A stretch of 64,000 nucleotides of DNA from Anaeramoeba ignava BMAN (Eukaryota > Protista > Anaeramoebae), in the NCBI GenBank assembly GCA_028826165.1, contig JAPDFW010000089.1, positions 1-64,000 of the forward strand. Reading direction: 5' to 3'. The position numbers and the translations under genes are program-made. The notes beneath the pieces were generated by a model. That model saw only the letters and a list, made by a program, of their open reading frames with translations. It was not told the DNA's origin and ran no database searches. Of the stretch, positions 37,501-48,923 are shown piece by piece. The number at the start of each line of letters is the position of its first letter. The first letter of the stretch is position 1.

Positions 37501-39030
37501 TCATTTAGTTGTTTTTTTTCTGTTTCCATTTGTTTGACTATATTTTCTGATTCTGTTACTTTTTTCAATGAAGATGTAAATTCAAATGCGATTGATATTT
37601 TTTTGAGTCGATCGTATTCGCTTTTGTTTGAAGTCCATTTCATATATTGGTCTTTTTCTTTTCTTAATCTTTCAAGAGTTGGTGTAATTTCTTTATCAAG
37701 AATATCTGAATATTCTTGCATTTTTTTATCTTTGAGTTCGATAGTTCTTAGAGCTGATTTTTTTTTAACTTCGAACATTCTTGTTCCTTTTTTTTTTATT
37801 AATTTTTATAAATGAATTTAAATTTTAAATTTTTAATTAATATTGAAATTATTTGATATAAATACCTGCTGCTTCTTCAATCATTCCAAGAATTTCAGGT
37901 GGTTTCATATTTAATACTTTTGAAATTCTTCCTTGCATAATTAAAAAATGTGGATTATTTACATTAAGTCTAACTGAATGGAAAAGATTTTGAACTCTTA
38001 TTAATTGAGCATTTTTTCCATTAATAAAATATTTATTTCTTCCTCCAATAACAATCTACAACAAAAAAAATAACACAAATTTAATATTTATATTTATATT
38101 TATATTTATATTTTATATTTATATTTTATATTTATATTTTATATTTATATTTATATTTATATTTATATTTATATTTATATTTATATTGATATTGATATTT
38201 ATATTTATATTTATATTTATATTTATATTTATATTTATATTTATATTTATATTTATATTTATATTTATATTTATATTTATATTTATATTTATATTTATAT
38301 TTATATTTATATTGATATTGATATTGATATTTATATTTATATTTATATTGATATTTATATTGATATTTATATTTATATTTATATTTATATTTATATTTAT
38401 ATTTATATTTATATTTATATTTATATTTATATTTATATTTATATTTATATTTATATTTATATTTATATTGATTTTGATTTTGATTTTGATTTTGATTTTG
38501 ATTTTAATTTTAATTTTGATTTTGATTTTGATTTTGATTTTGATATTTATATTGATATTGATATTGATATTGATATTGATATTGATATTGGTATTTATAT
38601 TGATATTGATATTGATTTTGATATTGATTTTGATTTTGATTTTGATTTTGATTTTGATATTGATATTGATTTTGATTTTGATATTGATATTTATATTGAT
38701 ATTAGATTTTACTTGTCTAGTAACAGTAATTTTATCATATTGTTCATAACCAACAGGAGAATTTTTACGGTCTTCATTATTGAAAACAATACTAACACTA
38801 GCTTTAGTAATTCCAGCTTGACCATGTTTATAGACAAGTTCATCCAATTTTGCAACACGAACTTGACTTAAATTTGAAATTCCTAAACAAAAACAAATAG
38901 CATCAAGACTATTACTTTTTCCTGAACCATTAAGTCCAGTTATAGCATTGAAATATCTATCAAATCCTGAAAATTCAGTTCTTGTTGCATAAGATTTAAA
39001 ACCTTCAATAATAACTTTTTCAATAAACAT
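34533..39030 (-). CDS. SMC2: Condensin subunit SMC2; exons 39030-38713, 38055-37866, 37786-34533
   Basis: Walker [36 protein letters not shown], hinge [47 protein letters not shown]. Confidence 0.96.
38056..38712. repeat. SMC2 intron 1 filled with (ATATTT/ATATTG/ATTTTG)n hexamers
   Basis: Direct observation. Confidence 0.9.
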
Positions 39031-39224
39031 TTTCCTTTTTTTTTTTTATTTTTTGAAAATTAAAAGAGAAAAAATGATTTAAAATTTAAATTAAAATTTA
39101 AATTAAAATTAACGGTTATTTTTTATTAATTTTTTAATTTAAAAAAAAATAAAAAAAACGTTATAAAAAAAAAATTAATTTAAATTTTTTCATTTTTTTT
39201 CATTTTTTTCATTTTTTTTCTTTA
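39031..39224. promoter_or_regulatory. Putative 194-bp bidirectional promoter between SMC2 and TAF8 with TCATTTT Inr-like motifs
   Basis: Head-to-head start codons; TCATTTT x3 before the TAF8 ATG and its reverse complement AAAATGA near 39071-39077. Confidence 0.55.
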
Positions 39225-40104
39225 ATGACTTCTTTAGAAAATTTTGCAAAAAATCAATCTAGAATAATTATTGCTCATATTTTATCTGAAATTGGTTTTG
39301 AACAAACTGAAGAAATTCCTCTTGAATTATTAATTCAATTATTTGAAAAATGTATTTAAAAAATTAAATAAAAAATTAAAAATTAAAAATTAAAAATTAA
39401 AAATTAAAAAAGTTTTTGAAAAAATTGCAATTCAAACTCAAAAAATTGCTGAAATGGGAAATAGAACATCTCCAAATTTTATAGATGCTCAATATTCTTT
39501 ATTACAATCAAATATAACTTTACCAAAATTATTTGAATTTACACAAAATAATCCAAAAAAAAATATTGAAAGAAAAATACTTGATTTTCCAAGAAAAATT
39601 CAAATTAAACAAGAATTCTTTAAAGAATCAGATGAAAATATTCAAAATAATCAAAATAATCAAAATGAAGAAAATGAAAATCAAAAAAATGAAAATGAAG
39701 AAAATCAAAATCAAATTGAAATTGAAAATGAAAATGAAAACGAAAATGAAAATGAAAATGAAAATGAAAATGAAAATGAAAATCAAATTGAAAATTTTCA
39801 ACAAAAAAAGAAACCAAAAATACCTTCAACACTACCAAAATTTCCTCCAATTTATACATACTCAAAACTCCCTTTATTTGAAAAATTGGAAACTGACAAA
39901 AATAAATTACGTCGAGAAAAAGCAAAAAGACGTCGTCAAATTGAAAAATCACTTGCAAAAATTATTAAAGAAACTGATGCTCAAAATTCCGATTTTATTT
40001 TTCCTGTTGATTTTGCAAATGATTTCTCAAATTTCTCAGAAAACGCAGAAGATTATTATCAAATGAATGAAAATGATGAAATTTCTGATGAAAATATGGA
40101 TTAG
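39225..40104 (+). CDS. TAF8: TFIID subunit TAF8 (histone-fold/BTP domain + TAF8_C); exons 39225-39351, 39413-40104
   Basis: IAHILSEIGFEQTEEIPLELL...AEMGNRTSPNFID histone fold; KIPSTLPKFPPIYTYSKLP and RRQIEKSL resemble TAF8_C. Confidence 0.82.
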
Positions 40105-40171
40105 AATTTAAAAAAAAAAAATAATTTTGATTTAATTTTGATCTATTTTGATTTAATTTTGAAAATTTGAA

Positions 40172-42628
40172 TTATTTTTTTTGGATTCCAAAAAAAACAT
40201 TTAATTCTTGATCTCGATATTTTTTGTACTCAATTTTTCTTAATAAATTTTCTAATTTTTCTTTCATTTCCACAATTCTCTTTGGATTATTTTGGATATT
40301 TGTTTGTTCATCTTCAAATTTAATTGACTCAACAATATCATCATCTAATTTCATATCAAGTTCTTTTGCAGATTTTAAAAACCATTCTTTTTTCGCTTTT
40401 TGTGCAGATTTTTGCTTTTCTGATAATGCAATTTTCTGTGCTAATTTGACTATTTTTCTTGATCGATGAAAGTAATCTTGATCCACTTTTAATTTTTCTT
40501 GATTTTTATTTTGATTTAAATTCCAAATGATTTTTTTATAGTTTTTCTGGTCTTTCGGTCCAATAAAGTTAATCACAATTCCTTTCTCAAATGCTCTTGC
40601 AGTTCTTCCGCATCTATGAATATAAGTCTGATGATTTGATGGAATTTGGAAGTTGATAACTGTCTCCACATTTTTTAGATCCATGCCTCGACTTGAAACA
40701 TCAGTTGTAATTAAAACTCCATTTGAAGATTTTTCGAAATTTTCCAAATTCTTGATTCTTTGATGTTGTTGCATTTCTGCATGTATTATGAATGGATTGA
40801 GTTTTAAAAGTCGAAGAATTGGCACTAATCTTCGTATTTGAGAAACTGTGTTTGTGAAAATTAAAGTTTTTCCTTTTTTCTTTTCTGTCAAATAAGTGTA
40901 TAAGTAAATATCTTTTTCATTATCTAAACAAAATACAATTTTTTCTGTAATTCGTGATACGATTTTCTCATCAGGTGTTAAATCAATCGTTTTCAATTTA
41001 TTTTCAAATCTCAAATGCTCATGAATAACATCTATTATTGAGATGAAATTGGGAATTTCTTCATTTTTCTTATTTTTCTGATTTTTTTTAATTTCATTTT
41101 TATCTATAAAACGGAAAGAGCTTGATTTCAAAGTTAAAGTTGCTGAAAACAAAAAAGTTTGTCTTTTTCCAAATAATTCCCAATTTGTTAAATTTGTTAA
41201 ATTTTTCAAATTTGAATTTGAATCTTTTAAATTTGAATCTTCTAAATTTTTTGGATCATCTGATGGAATATTAATTTCTTCTATTGGATTAAGTAACTGG
41301 CAAATATAATCCAAATTCTTAAATTGTCCCTTTTCAAACATTCTATCTGCTTCATCAATAACAAAGAAAGATAAATCAGATAAATCTCTTAAATAGGAAT
41401 TTCCTTGAGTAACTAATTCAAAATATCGACCTGGTGTTGTTACAATAATCTCAGGTCGATAACTTATTAATCTTTCTTGCTTTTCTGAAGACATTCCTCC
41501 AATAATGCTTGTGATATTTATCCATGAATTAAAAGCACTCACTTCCTTCAAATGTTTGGAAACTTGAATTGTTAATTCTCTTGATGGAGTAAGTATTAAT
41601 CCAATAAGTTTTCTTTGATTTTTCCATGAAATCAAATCTTCTCGAGAAAATGGTTTAAAAAATTCTACTTTGGAAATTATTTTGTGAAGAATTGGTAATC
41701 CATATGCTAGTGTTTTTCCTGATCCTGTTTCTGCTGCTCCTGCAATATCTTGGTTATGAAATAATGCAACTGGAATACATTCTTTTTGAATAGGCATAGG
41801 TTCTTCAAATTTAAGTTTATTTAATCCTTTTAATAAATCATCATGTAAATTTGCAAATGACCAATTTTCTTTCAATTTTGATGAAATTTCTTCATTTTCT
41901 TGAATAATTTGATTTGAATTTTGATTTAATTTTTGATTTGAATTTTGATTTGAATTTTGATTTAATTTTTGATTTGATTTTTGATTTGAATTTTGATTTG
42001 AATTTTGATTTGAATTTTGATTTGATTTTTGATTTGATTTTTGATTTGATTTTTGATTTAATTTTTGATTTGATTTTTGATTTGAATTTTGATTTGATTT
42101 TTCATTTGAATTTTGATTTGATTTTTGATTTGATTTTTCATCAGTTTCAATAACTTGAAAAACTCCTATTTTTGTATTAACTTGATTTTGATTTTGATTT
42201 TGATTTTGATTTTGATTTTGATTTCGATTTTGATTTTGATTTTGATTTTGATTTTGATTTTGATTTTGATTTTGATTTTGATTTTGATTTTGATTTTGAT
42301 TTTGATTTTGATTTTGATTTTGATTTTGATTTTGATTTTGATTTCGATTTCGATTTTTCTTTCTTTTTTTTTTCTTGTTTTTAAGTTCTTTTTCTTCTTT
42401 TTCTTCTTCAGTTTTAGTTTCATTTTTATTTTCTTTGAAATATGAATGATATTGATCTTCACTTAATTCTTCTAAACTTAAAAAACCTTCCATTTCAGCT
42501 CCATCAAAAATATCAGTACATTCAACCTTTTTCCAAATAGAATCTTCATTTAAAAATAAAGATTTATTTAAATTTATTTGATTATTTTTATTATTTTTTC
42601 TTTTATTTCTTTTATTTCTTTTATTCAT
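40172..42628 (-). CDS. DDX24: DEAD-box RNA helicase DDX24/Mak5, 818 aa
   Basis: EGFLSLEEL N-terminal motif, AETGSGKTLAYGLPI, GGMSSEKQERL, DEADRMFEKGQF, FSATL, HAEMQQHQRIKNLE, HRCGRTARA. Confidence 0.9.
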   Translation of the reverse strand: MNKRNKRNKRKNNKNNQINLNKSLFLNEDSIWKKVECTDIFDGAEMEGFLSLEELSEDQYHSYFKENKNETKTEEEKEEKELKNKKKKRKKNRNRNQNQNQNQNQNQNQNQNQNQNQNQNQNQNQNQNQNQNQNRNQNQNQNQNQNQNQVNTKIGVFQVIETDEKSNQKSNQNSNEKSNQNSNQKSNQKLNQKSNQKSNQKSNQNSNQNSNQNSNQKSNQKLNQNSNQNSNQKLNQNSNQIIQENEEISSKLKENWSFANLHDDLLKGLNKLKFEEPMPIQKECIPVALFHNQDIAGAAETGSGKTLAYGLPILHKIISKVEFFKPFSREDLISWKNQRKLIGLILTPSRELTIQVSKHLKEVSAFNSWINITSIIGGMSSEKQERLISYRPEIIVTTPGRYFELVTQGNSYLRDLSDLSFFVIDEADRMFEKGQFKNLDYICQLLNPIEEINIPSDDPKNLEDSNLKDSNSNLKNLTNLTNWELFGKRQTFLFSATLTLKSSSFRFIDKNEIKKNQKNKKNEEIPNFISIIDVIHEHLRFENKLKTIDLTPDEKIVSRITEKIVFCLDNEKDIYLYTYLTEKKKGKTLIFTNTVSQIRRLVPILRLLKLNPFIIHAEMQQHQRIKNLENFEKSSNGVLITTDVSSRGMDLKNVETVINFQIPSNHQTYIHRCGRTARAFEKGIVINFIGPKDQKNYKKIIWNLNQNKNQEKLKVDQDYFHRSRKIVKLAQKIALSEKQKSAQKAKKEWFLKSAKELDMKLDDDIVESIKFEDEQTNIQNNPKRIVEMKEKLENLLRKIEYKKYRDQELNVFFGIQKK

Positions 42629-42861
42629 TTATTTTTTAAAAAAAAAAGAAAAAAATGAAAAAAATTTTTTTTTAATTTTTAATTTTTAATTTTAATTTTG
42701 TTTTAAGTTTTCTTTATTTTGAATTTCTTTTTTAAATTTCTAATGAATTGATTTCTAAAAGAAAAAAAAACGGAAAAAAAACGGAAAAATGTTTTTGAAA
42801 GAGAAAAAAAAAGAATTGAATTGAAATTGAATTGAAAATGAATTTGTTTCTTTTTTCTTTT

Positions 42862-45800
42862 TTAATAATCTCTTGTTTGTTGAGGAAGTTTTGGACCATT
42901 TTCAGGTCTTGACATGATAATTTGGTCCACTCTCAAAATAGTAGTAACAGCATCAACTGCAAATTTCAAACCCCAATATCTTGTTGAATAAAGATCATAA
43001 ATTGCTTTTTCTTTCATGTCACCAACGGTTTCATTAAGAATATCAACTCCAAAACTTTTGTTTCCTTTTTCATGTTCTGCATATAAATTTGATATGATTT
43101 CATTTGATTTCATTCCTGAATTATCTGAAATTTTTCTGGGCACAATTTCTAAAGCTTCTCCAAATTTACGGATTGAATATTGATTTAAACCGGGTGATTC
43201 TTCTCCGTATTTTTGGATAATTCTTGCCATTTGTACTTCAGTTGCTCCTCCTCCATATAATAATTTTCCATTTTTACAAAGTGCTTTAAATGAATTAACT
43301 CCATCATCAATTCCTCTTTCGATATTGTCAAGAATGTTTTTTGTGCTTCCTCGAATTATTATTGTTGATAATAATGATTTTTGTTTTTCAGATTGACTAA
43401 ATACTGTAATTGTTGTTCCTGCAATTTCTTGAACTTTAACTTCAGAACAAAATCCCAATTCTTCTTGTGTTGGTGGATCCTAATTTTAATTTTAATTTTA
43501 ATTTTAATTTTGAATTTTAATTTTAATTTTAATTTTAAAATGAATTTTAATTTTAATTTTAATTTTAATTTTAATTTTAATTTTAATTTTAATTTTAATT
43601 TTAATTTTAATTTTAATTTTAATTTTAATTTTAAAATGAATTTTAATTTTAAAATGAATTTTAATTTTAATTTTAATTTTAATTTTAATTTTAATTTTAA
43701 TTTTAATTTTAATTTTAATTTTAATTTTAATTTTAATTTTAATTTTAATTTTAATTTTAAAATGAATTTTAATTTTAATTTTAAAATGAATTTTAATTTT
43801 TAATTTTAAAATGAATTTTAATTTTAATTTTAATTTTAATTTTAATTTTAATTTTAATTTTAATTTTAATTTTGAATTTTAATTTTAATTTTAATTTTAA
43901 TTTTAATTTTAAAATGAATTTTAATTTTAATTTTTGAATTTTAATTTTAATTTTAATTTTAATTTTAATTTTAATTTTAAAATGAATTTGAATTTTAATT
44001 TTAATTTTAAAATGAATTTTTAATTTCCTTACAAATCTGACAAGTGCAGTTGCTTTAATTGCTTTACATAATCTTTGTATATCAAATTTTGAAGGAATTT
44101 TAATTGCCATTAATCCATATTTCTCAATAAAATGAACAGCCATTTCACTAATATTATTTTCAGAAACAATAACCTTAACACCAGCATCATGAAGGAATTT
44201 AATTTTAGCTTCAAGAGAATCTTCTTCTGTTTGATTATAATTTAACATTTGTTGAGCAGATTCAAAAACAGTATTTCCTTTTGTTTCTGTATCTCCTGCC
44301 TCAACACCACAAGAATAAACAACAACTTTTGCATTTTCTACATGAGTTACTGAACCTATTTATATTTATATATTTTTAGAAAAAATTGTTATTAACTCAA
44401 TTTTGTTAAATTGATTTAATATTAATTTACTTTCAGGTTTTCTTTGAGCAATAAAACCTTTAACAACATTTGAATCATAAACACTTCCTCCAACAATTTT
44501 AGAAACTCTAATATTATCAACGTTGAAGTTTTTTTGATTTGATGGGAGAATCTAATTTTTAAATTTTAATATAAATTTTAATTTTAAATTTAATTTTTAA
44601 TTTTAATTTTAAATTTAATTTTAAATTTTAATTTTAATTTTAATTTTAATTTTAATTTTAATTTTTGAATTTTAATTTTAATTTCAATTTTAATTTTAAA
44701 ATTAATTTTAATTTTAATTTCAATTTTAATTTTAAATTTAATTTTAATTTTAATTTTAATTTTAAATTTAATTTTAATTTTAATTTTGATTTTAATTTTA
44801 ATTTTTAATTTTAATTTTAATTTTAATTTTAATTTTAATTTTAATTTTAATTTTTAATTTTTAATTTTAATTTTAATGAATTTTAATTTTAATTTTTAAT
44901 TTTAATTTTAATTTTAATTTTAATTTTTAATTTTAATTTTAATTTTTAATTTTAAATTTTAATTTTAAATTTTAATTTAAATTTTTAATTTAAATTTTAA
45001 TTTTAATTTTAATTTTAATTTTAATTTTAATTTTAATTTTAATTTTAAATTTAATTTTAATTTTAATTTTAATTTTAATTTTAAATAATTTTAATTTTTT
45101 TAATTTTTAATTTTAAATTTAATTTTAAATTTAATTTTTAATTTTAATTTTAATATTAATTTTTAATTTTAAATTTAATTTTAAATTTAATTTTTAATTT
45201 TAATTTTAATTTTTATTTTAATTTTAATTTTGATTTTAATATTAATTTTAATTTAGATTTAAATTTTAATTTTAATTTTCATTTTAAAATGAATTTTAAT
45301 TTTAATTATAAATACTTGAATACAAGCTTTAGCAACCAATTTAGATAAAAATTCTTCATTTCCATATTGTTTGCTTGCTATCGAAGCTTGAATAGCTTTT
45401 GCAACAAGTTCTTCATTTGTCATCTTTTCAATGTTTTCAACAACTAATTCATCTAAAATTTCTATTGCCTTTTCAAGTGCTTTTGTGTATCCATCAATAA
45501 TTTCAACAGGATGTAAACCTGTTTTAATTAAATTTTCAGCTTGTTTTAAAAGTTCTCCAGCAAAAACAATCACAAAATTAGTTCCATCTCCAACCTAATT
45601 TTAATTTTAATTTTATAAATGAATTTTAATTTTAATTTTAATTTTAATTTTAATTTTAATTTTAATTTTAATTTTAATTTTAATTTTAATTTTAATTTTA
45701 ATTTTAATTTTAATTTTAATTTTAATTTTAATTTTAATTTTAATTTTAATTTTAATTTTAATTTTAATTTTAATTTTAATTTTAATTTTTAATTTTAATT

Positions 45801-46747
45801 TTAATTTTAATTTTAATTTTAATTTTAATTTTTAATTTTAAATTTAATTTTAATTTTAATTTTAATTTTAATTTTAATTTTAATTTTAAATTTTAATTTT
45901 AATTTTTAATTTTAATTTTTAATTTTAATTTTTAATTTTAATTTTAATTTTAATTTTAATTTTAATTTTAATTTTAATTTTTAATTTTAATTTTAATTTT
46001 AATTTTAATTTTAATTTTAATGAATTTTAATTTTAATTTTAACTTTAATTTTAATTTTAATTTTAATTTTAATTTTAATTTTAATTTTAATTTTAATTTT
46101 AATTTTAATTTTAATTTTAATTTTAATTTTAATTTTAATTTTAATTTTAATTTTGATTTTAATTTTAATTTTAATTTTAATTTTAATTTTAATTTTAATT
46201 TTAATTTTAATTTTAATTTTAATTTTAATTTTAATTTTAATTTTAATATTAATTTTAATTTTAATTTTAAATTTAATATTAATTTGAATTTTACTTCTTT
46301 TTCTTGCATTTGTGCAGCTTGTACAATCATTCTAGCTGCAGGATGAGCAATTTCAAGTTCTTTTACAATTGTTGCACTATCATTTGTAACAAATAATTTA
46401 TCTAAATGATTAATAACGATCTTATTCATTCCTAAAAAAAATTAGAATAAAAAAATTTGAATAAAAAAATTAGAATAAAAAAATTAGAATAAAAAAATTA
46501 GAATAAAAAAATTTGAATAAAAAAATTTTGTTTTATTGTTTTATTGTTTTATTGTTTTATTGTTTTATTGTTTTATTGTTTTATATTTATTACCATTTGG
46601 TCCATATGATGAAGTTGTAACATCAGAAAGTCCTTTACATGCATCTATGTTTTTTAACACTGCTCTATCAACTCCATGTAAATGAAGTGTGCCATCTTTT
46701 ATGAGTGATTGTGAATTTGGTGCTCCGTATGAAAATCTTAAACTCAT
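42862..46747 (-). CDS. CCT8: Chaperonin CCT theta; exons 46747-46594, 46431-46295, 45594-45316, 44551-44431, 44355-44033, 43479-42862 (543 aa)
   Basis: SYGPNG|MNKIVINHLDKLFVTNDSATI, GDGTNFV, FNVDNIRVSKIVGG, IPSKFDIQRLCK, TILRVDQIIMSRP; exon sum 1632 nt in frame. Confidence 0.95.
43480..46294. repeat. Three CCT8 introns (43480-44032, 44552-45315, 45595-46294) filled with (TTTTAA)n
   Basis: Direct observation; exons interleaved. Confidence 0.88.
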
Positions 46748-46918
46748 TAGAAAAAATGAAAAAATGAAAAAATGAAAAATGAAAAAAAATAATAAAAAAA
46801 ATTGGTTATTTAAAAAAATTTTTTTTATTTTTTGTTTTTTTTGTTTTTTTTGAAATTATTTGACATTTAAATTTTAAAATAAAAAACAATTTTTTTTTTC
46901 ATTTTTTTCTTTTCAAAA

Positions 46919-48715
46919 ATGAATGATTGTTTATTTTTTGGTTTAAATGAATATCCAAAACTTATCAAAAATAAACCATATTCAATAACAAAACCAATTC
47001 AATTTAAATTTGAAAATGAAAATGAAAATGAAAATGAAAATCAAAATGAAAATGAAAATGAAAAAGAAAATGAAAAACAAATTAAACAAATTTCTTCAGA
47101 TTATTCAACAATTTTCCTTTTTGAAAATGGAAAAGCAATAGAATATTTAAGAGATTCAAATCAAAATCCTGAAAAAATCCAAATTGAAGAAAATATTCAA
47201 AAAGTAACTGTTGGTGTTCAAAATGAAGCTATTTTAACAATAGAAGGAAATGTATTTGCCAAAGGAATAAATATTGATTCAAATAATCCAAATGAATTTA
47301 TCAATATTTCATCATTAATTGAAGATAAAAATGATAGAATAATTCAAGATATTGTTTCTGGATACAGTTCGGTTTACTTATTAACTTCAAATCAAAATGC
47401 TTATGGAATTGGTTCAAATCAATTTGGTCAACTTGGTTTTGATTCTAATTCACTTTATAGAACAGAAAACCCAATTTTAATGATGAAAAATGTTTCTAAA
47501 ATATTTTCAGGAAATTCTTCAAGTTATGTTTTTCTTTTAAATTCAAATCAAGAATTATTTGGATGCGGAAATAATGATTCTGGTCAACTTGGATTAGGAG
47601 AATCAAGAAAAAAAGAAACAAAAATCAAAAATTAACCAAAATCCAAAATATTCCAAAAGGCAAAATAATTGATATCCAATGTGGTGATTATCATTCCATA
47701 ATTTTGATTGAAAATGAAAATCCAAAAAGAAAACTTTATTCATGTGGTGCTTATCGATATAATGGACTTGGCAAAAATAAAGATACTTATGAATTTACTG
47801 AAATCAAATCATCTTTATTTGAAAATGATAATATTCTTGATTTTTCTGTTGGAAGTGCTCATACTTTGATTTTAACTTACAATTCAAAATTAATTGGATT
47901 TGGAAACAATAGATATGGTGAATTAGGAATTGGAGATACAAAAGATCAATTAATTCCAATTCAAATTGAACTTCCTAAATTAAGATTTAATGAAAATATT
48001 TCTAATTATCATATTTCTTGTGGAGATTACAAATCATTTCTTTATTATTCTCCTTTCTTCTTTTTCCAATCTTGAAGAAGATTTGATAAAATTATTTAGA
48101 AGAAAAGAATTTTGTGATATTTCATTTAAAACAGAAAATGGAGAAATAATTGAAGCTCATAAATTAATATTGAAATATAGATTAAATCAAAATCAAAATC
48201 AAATTGAAAAACTTCAAGAAATTATTTCAAAAAAATCAATTAAAGAATCAAATCAAATATTTGAAATGATTTATTCAAACAGAATTATAAATCCAAAATT
48301 ATATTCTGAAATTAAAGAAATTATAAATTCAAATGAAAAAATTGAAGAAACAATGAAAAGAATTTATTTAAATGAAAATGAAAATGAAAATGAAAAAGAT
48401 TTTATAATTGAAAGAAAAGAAAAACAATATAAATTTCCAAAATTAATATTAATAATGAGAAGTGAATTATATCGAGGAATGTTTTTATCTGTAACTGAAG
48501 ATAAATCTAATAAAGTTACAGATTATAGTGAATTAAGTAATAAATCATTTCAAATATTTGAATATTGGATTTATTCAAATCAAATTAAAAATGAAATTCA
48601 AATTACACAAGAAATAATTAATGAAATTCAAATTGGAATTGATTATTTTCAATTAAATCAAACAAATCCAAATTTATTTGATTTATTAATTAAGAAATTT
48701 AATAATCAAAATTAA
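46919..48715 (+). CDS. RCC1-repeat/tandem BTB paralogue with apparent frameshifts at ~47626 and ~48055
   Basis: Three overlapping ORFs collinear with intact 48924..50726. Confidence 0.85.
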
Positions 48716-48923
48716 AATTAAAATTAAAATTAAAAATTATTAAAATTAAAAATTAAAATTAAAATTAAAATTAAAATTAAAATTAAAATTAAAATTAAAA
48801 TCAAAATCAAAATCAAAATCAAAAAATTAAAATTAAAATTAAAATTAAAATTAAAATTAAAATTAAAATTAAAATTAAAATTAAAATTCATTTTTTCATT
48901 TTTTCATTTTTTTCTTTTCAAAA

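Noticed and set aside
35068-37815. Several plus-strand ORFs overlapping SMC2
   Set aside because: Antisense shadows of a more GC-rich coding region with no recognisable domains
34533-46747. Inteins in SMC2, DDX24 or CCT8
   Set aside because: No C...HN splicing motifs or endonuclease inserts; lengths are normal apart from NQ-type tracts
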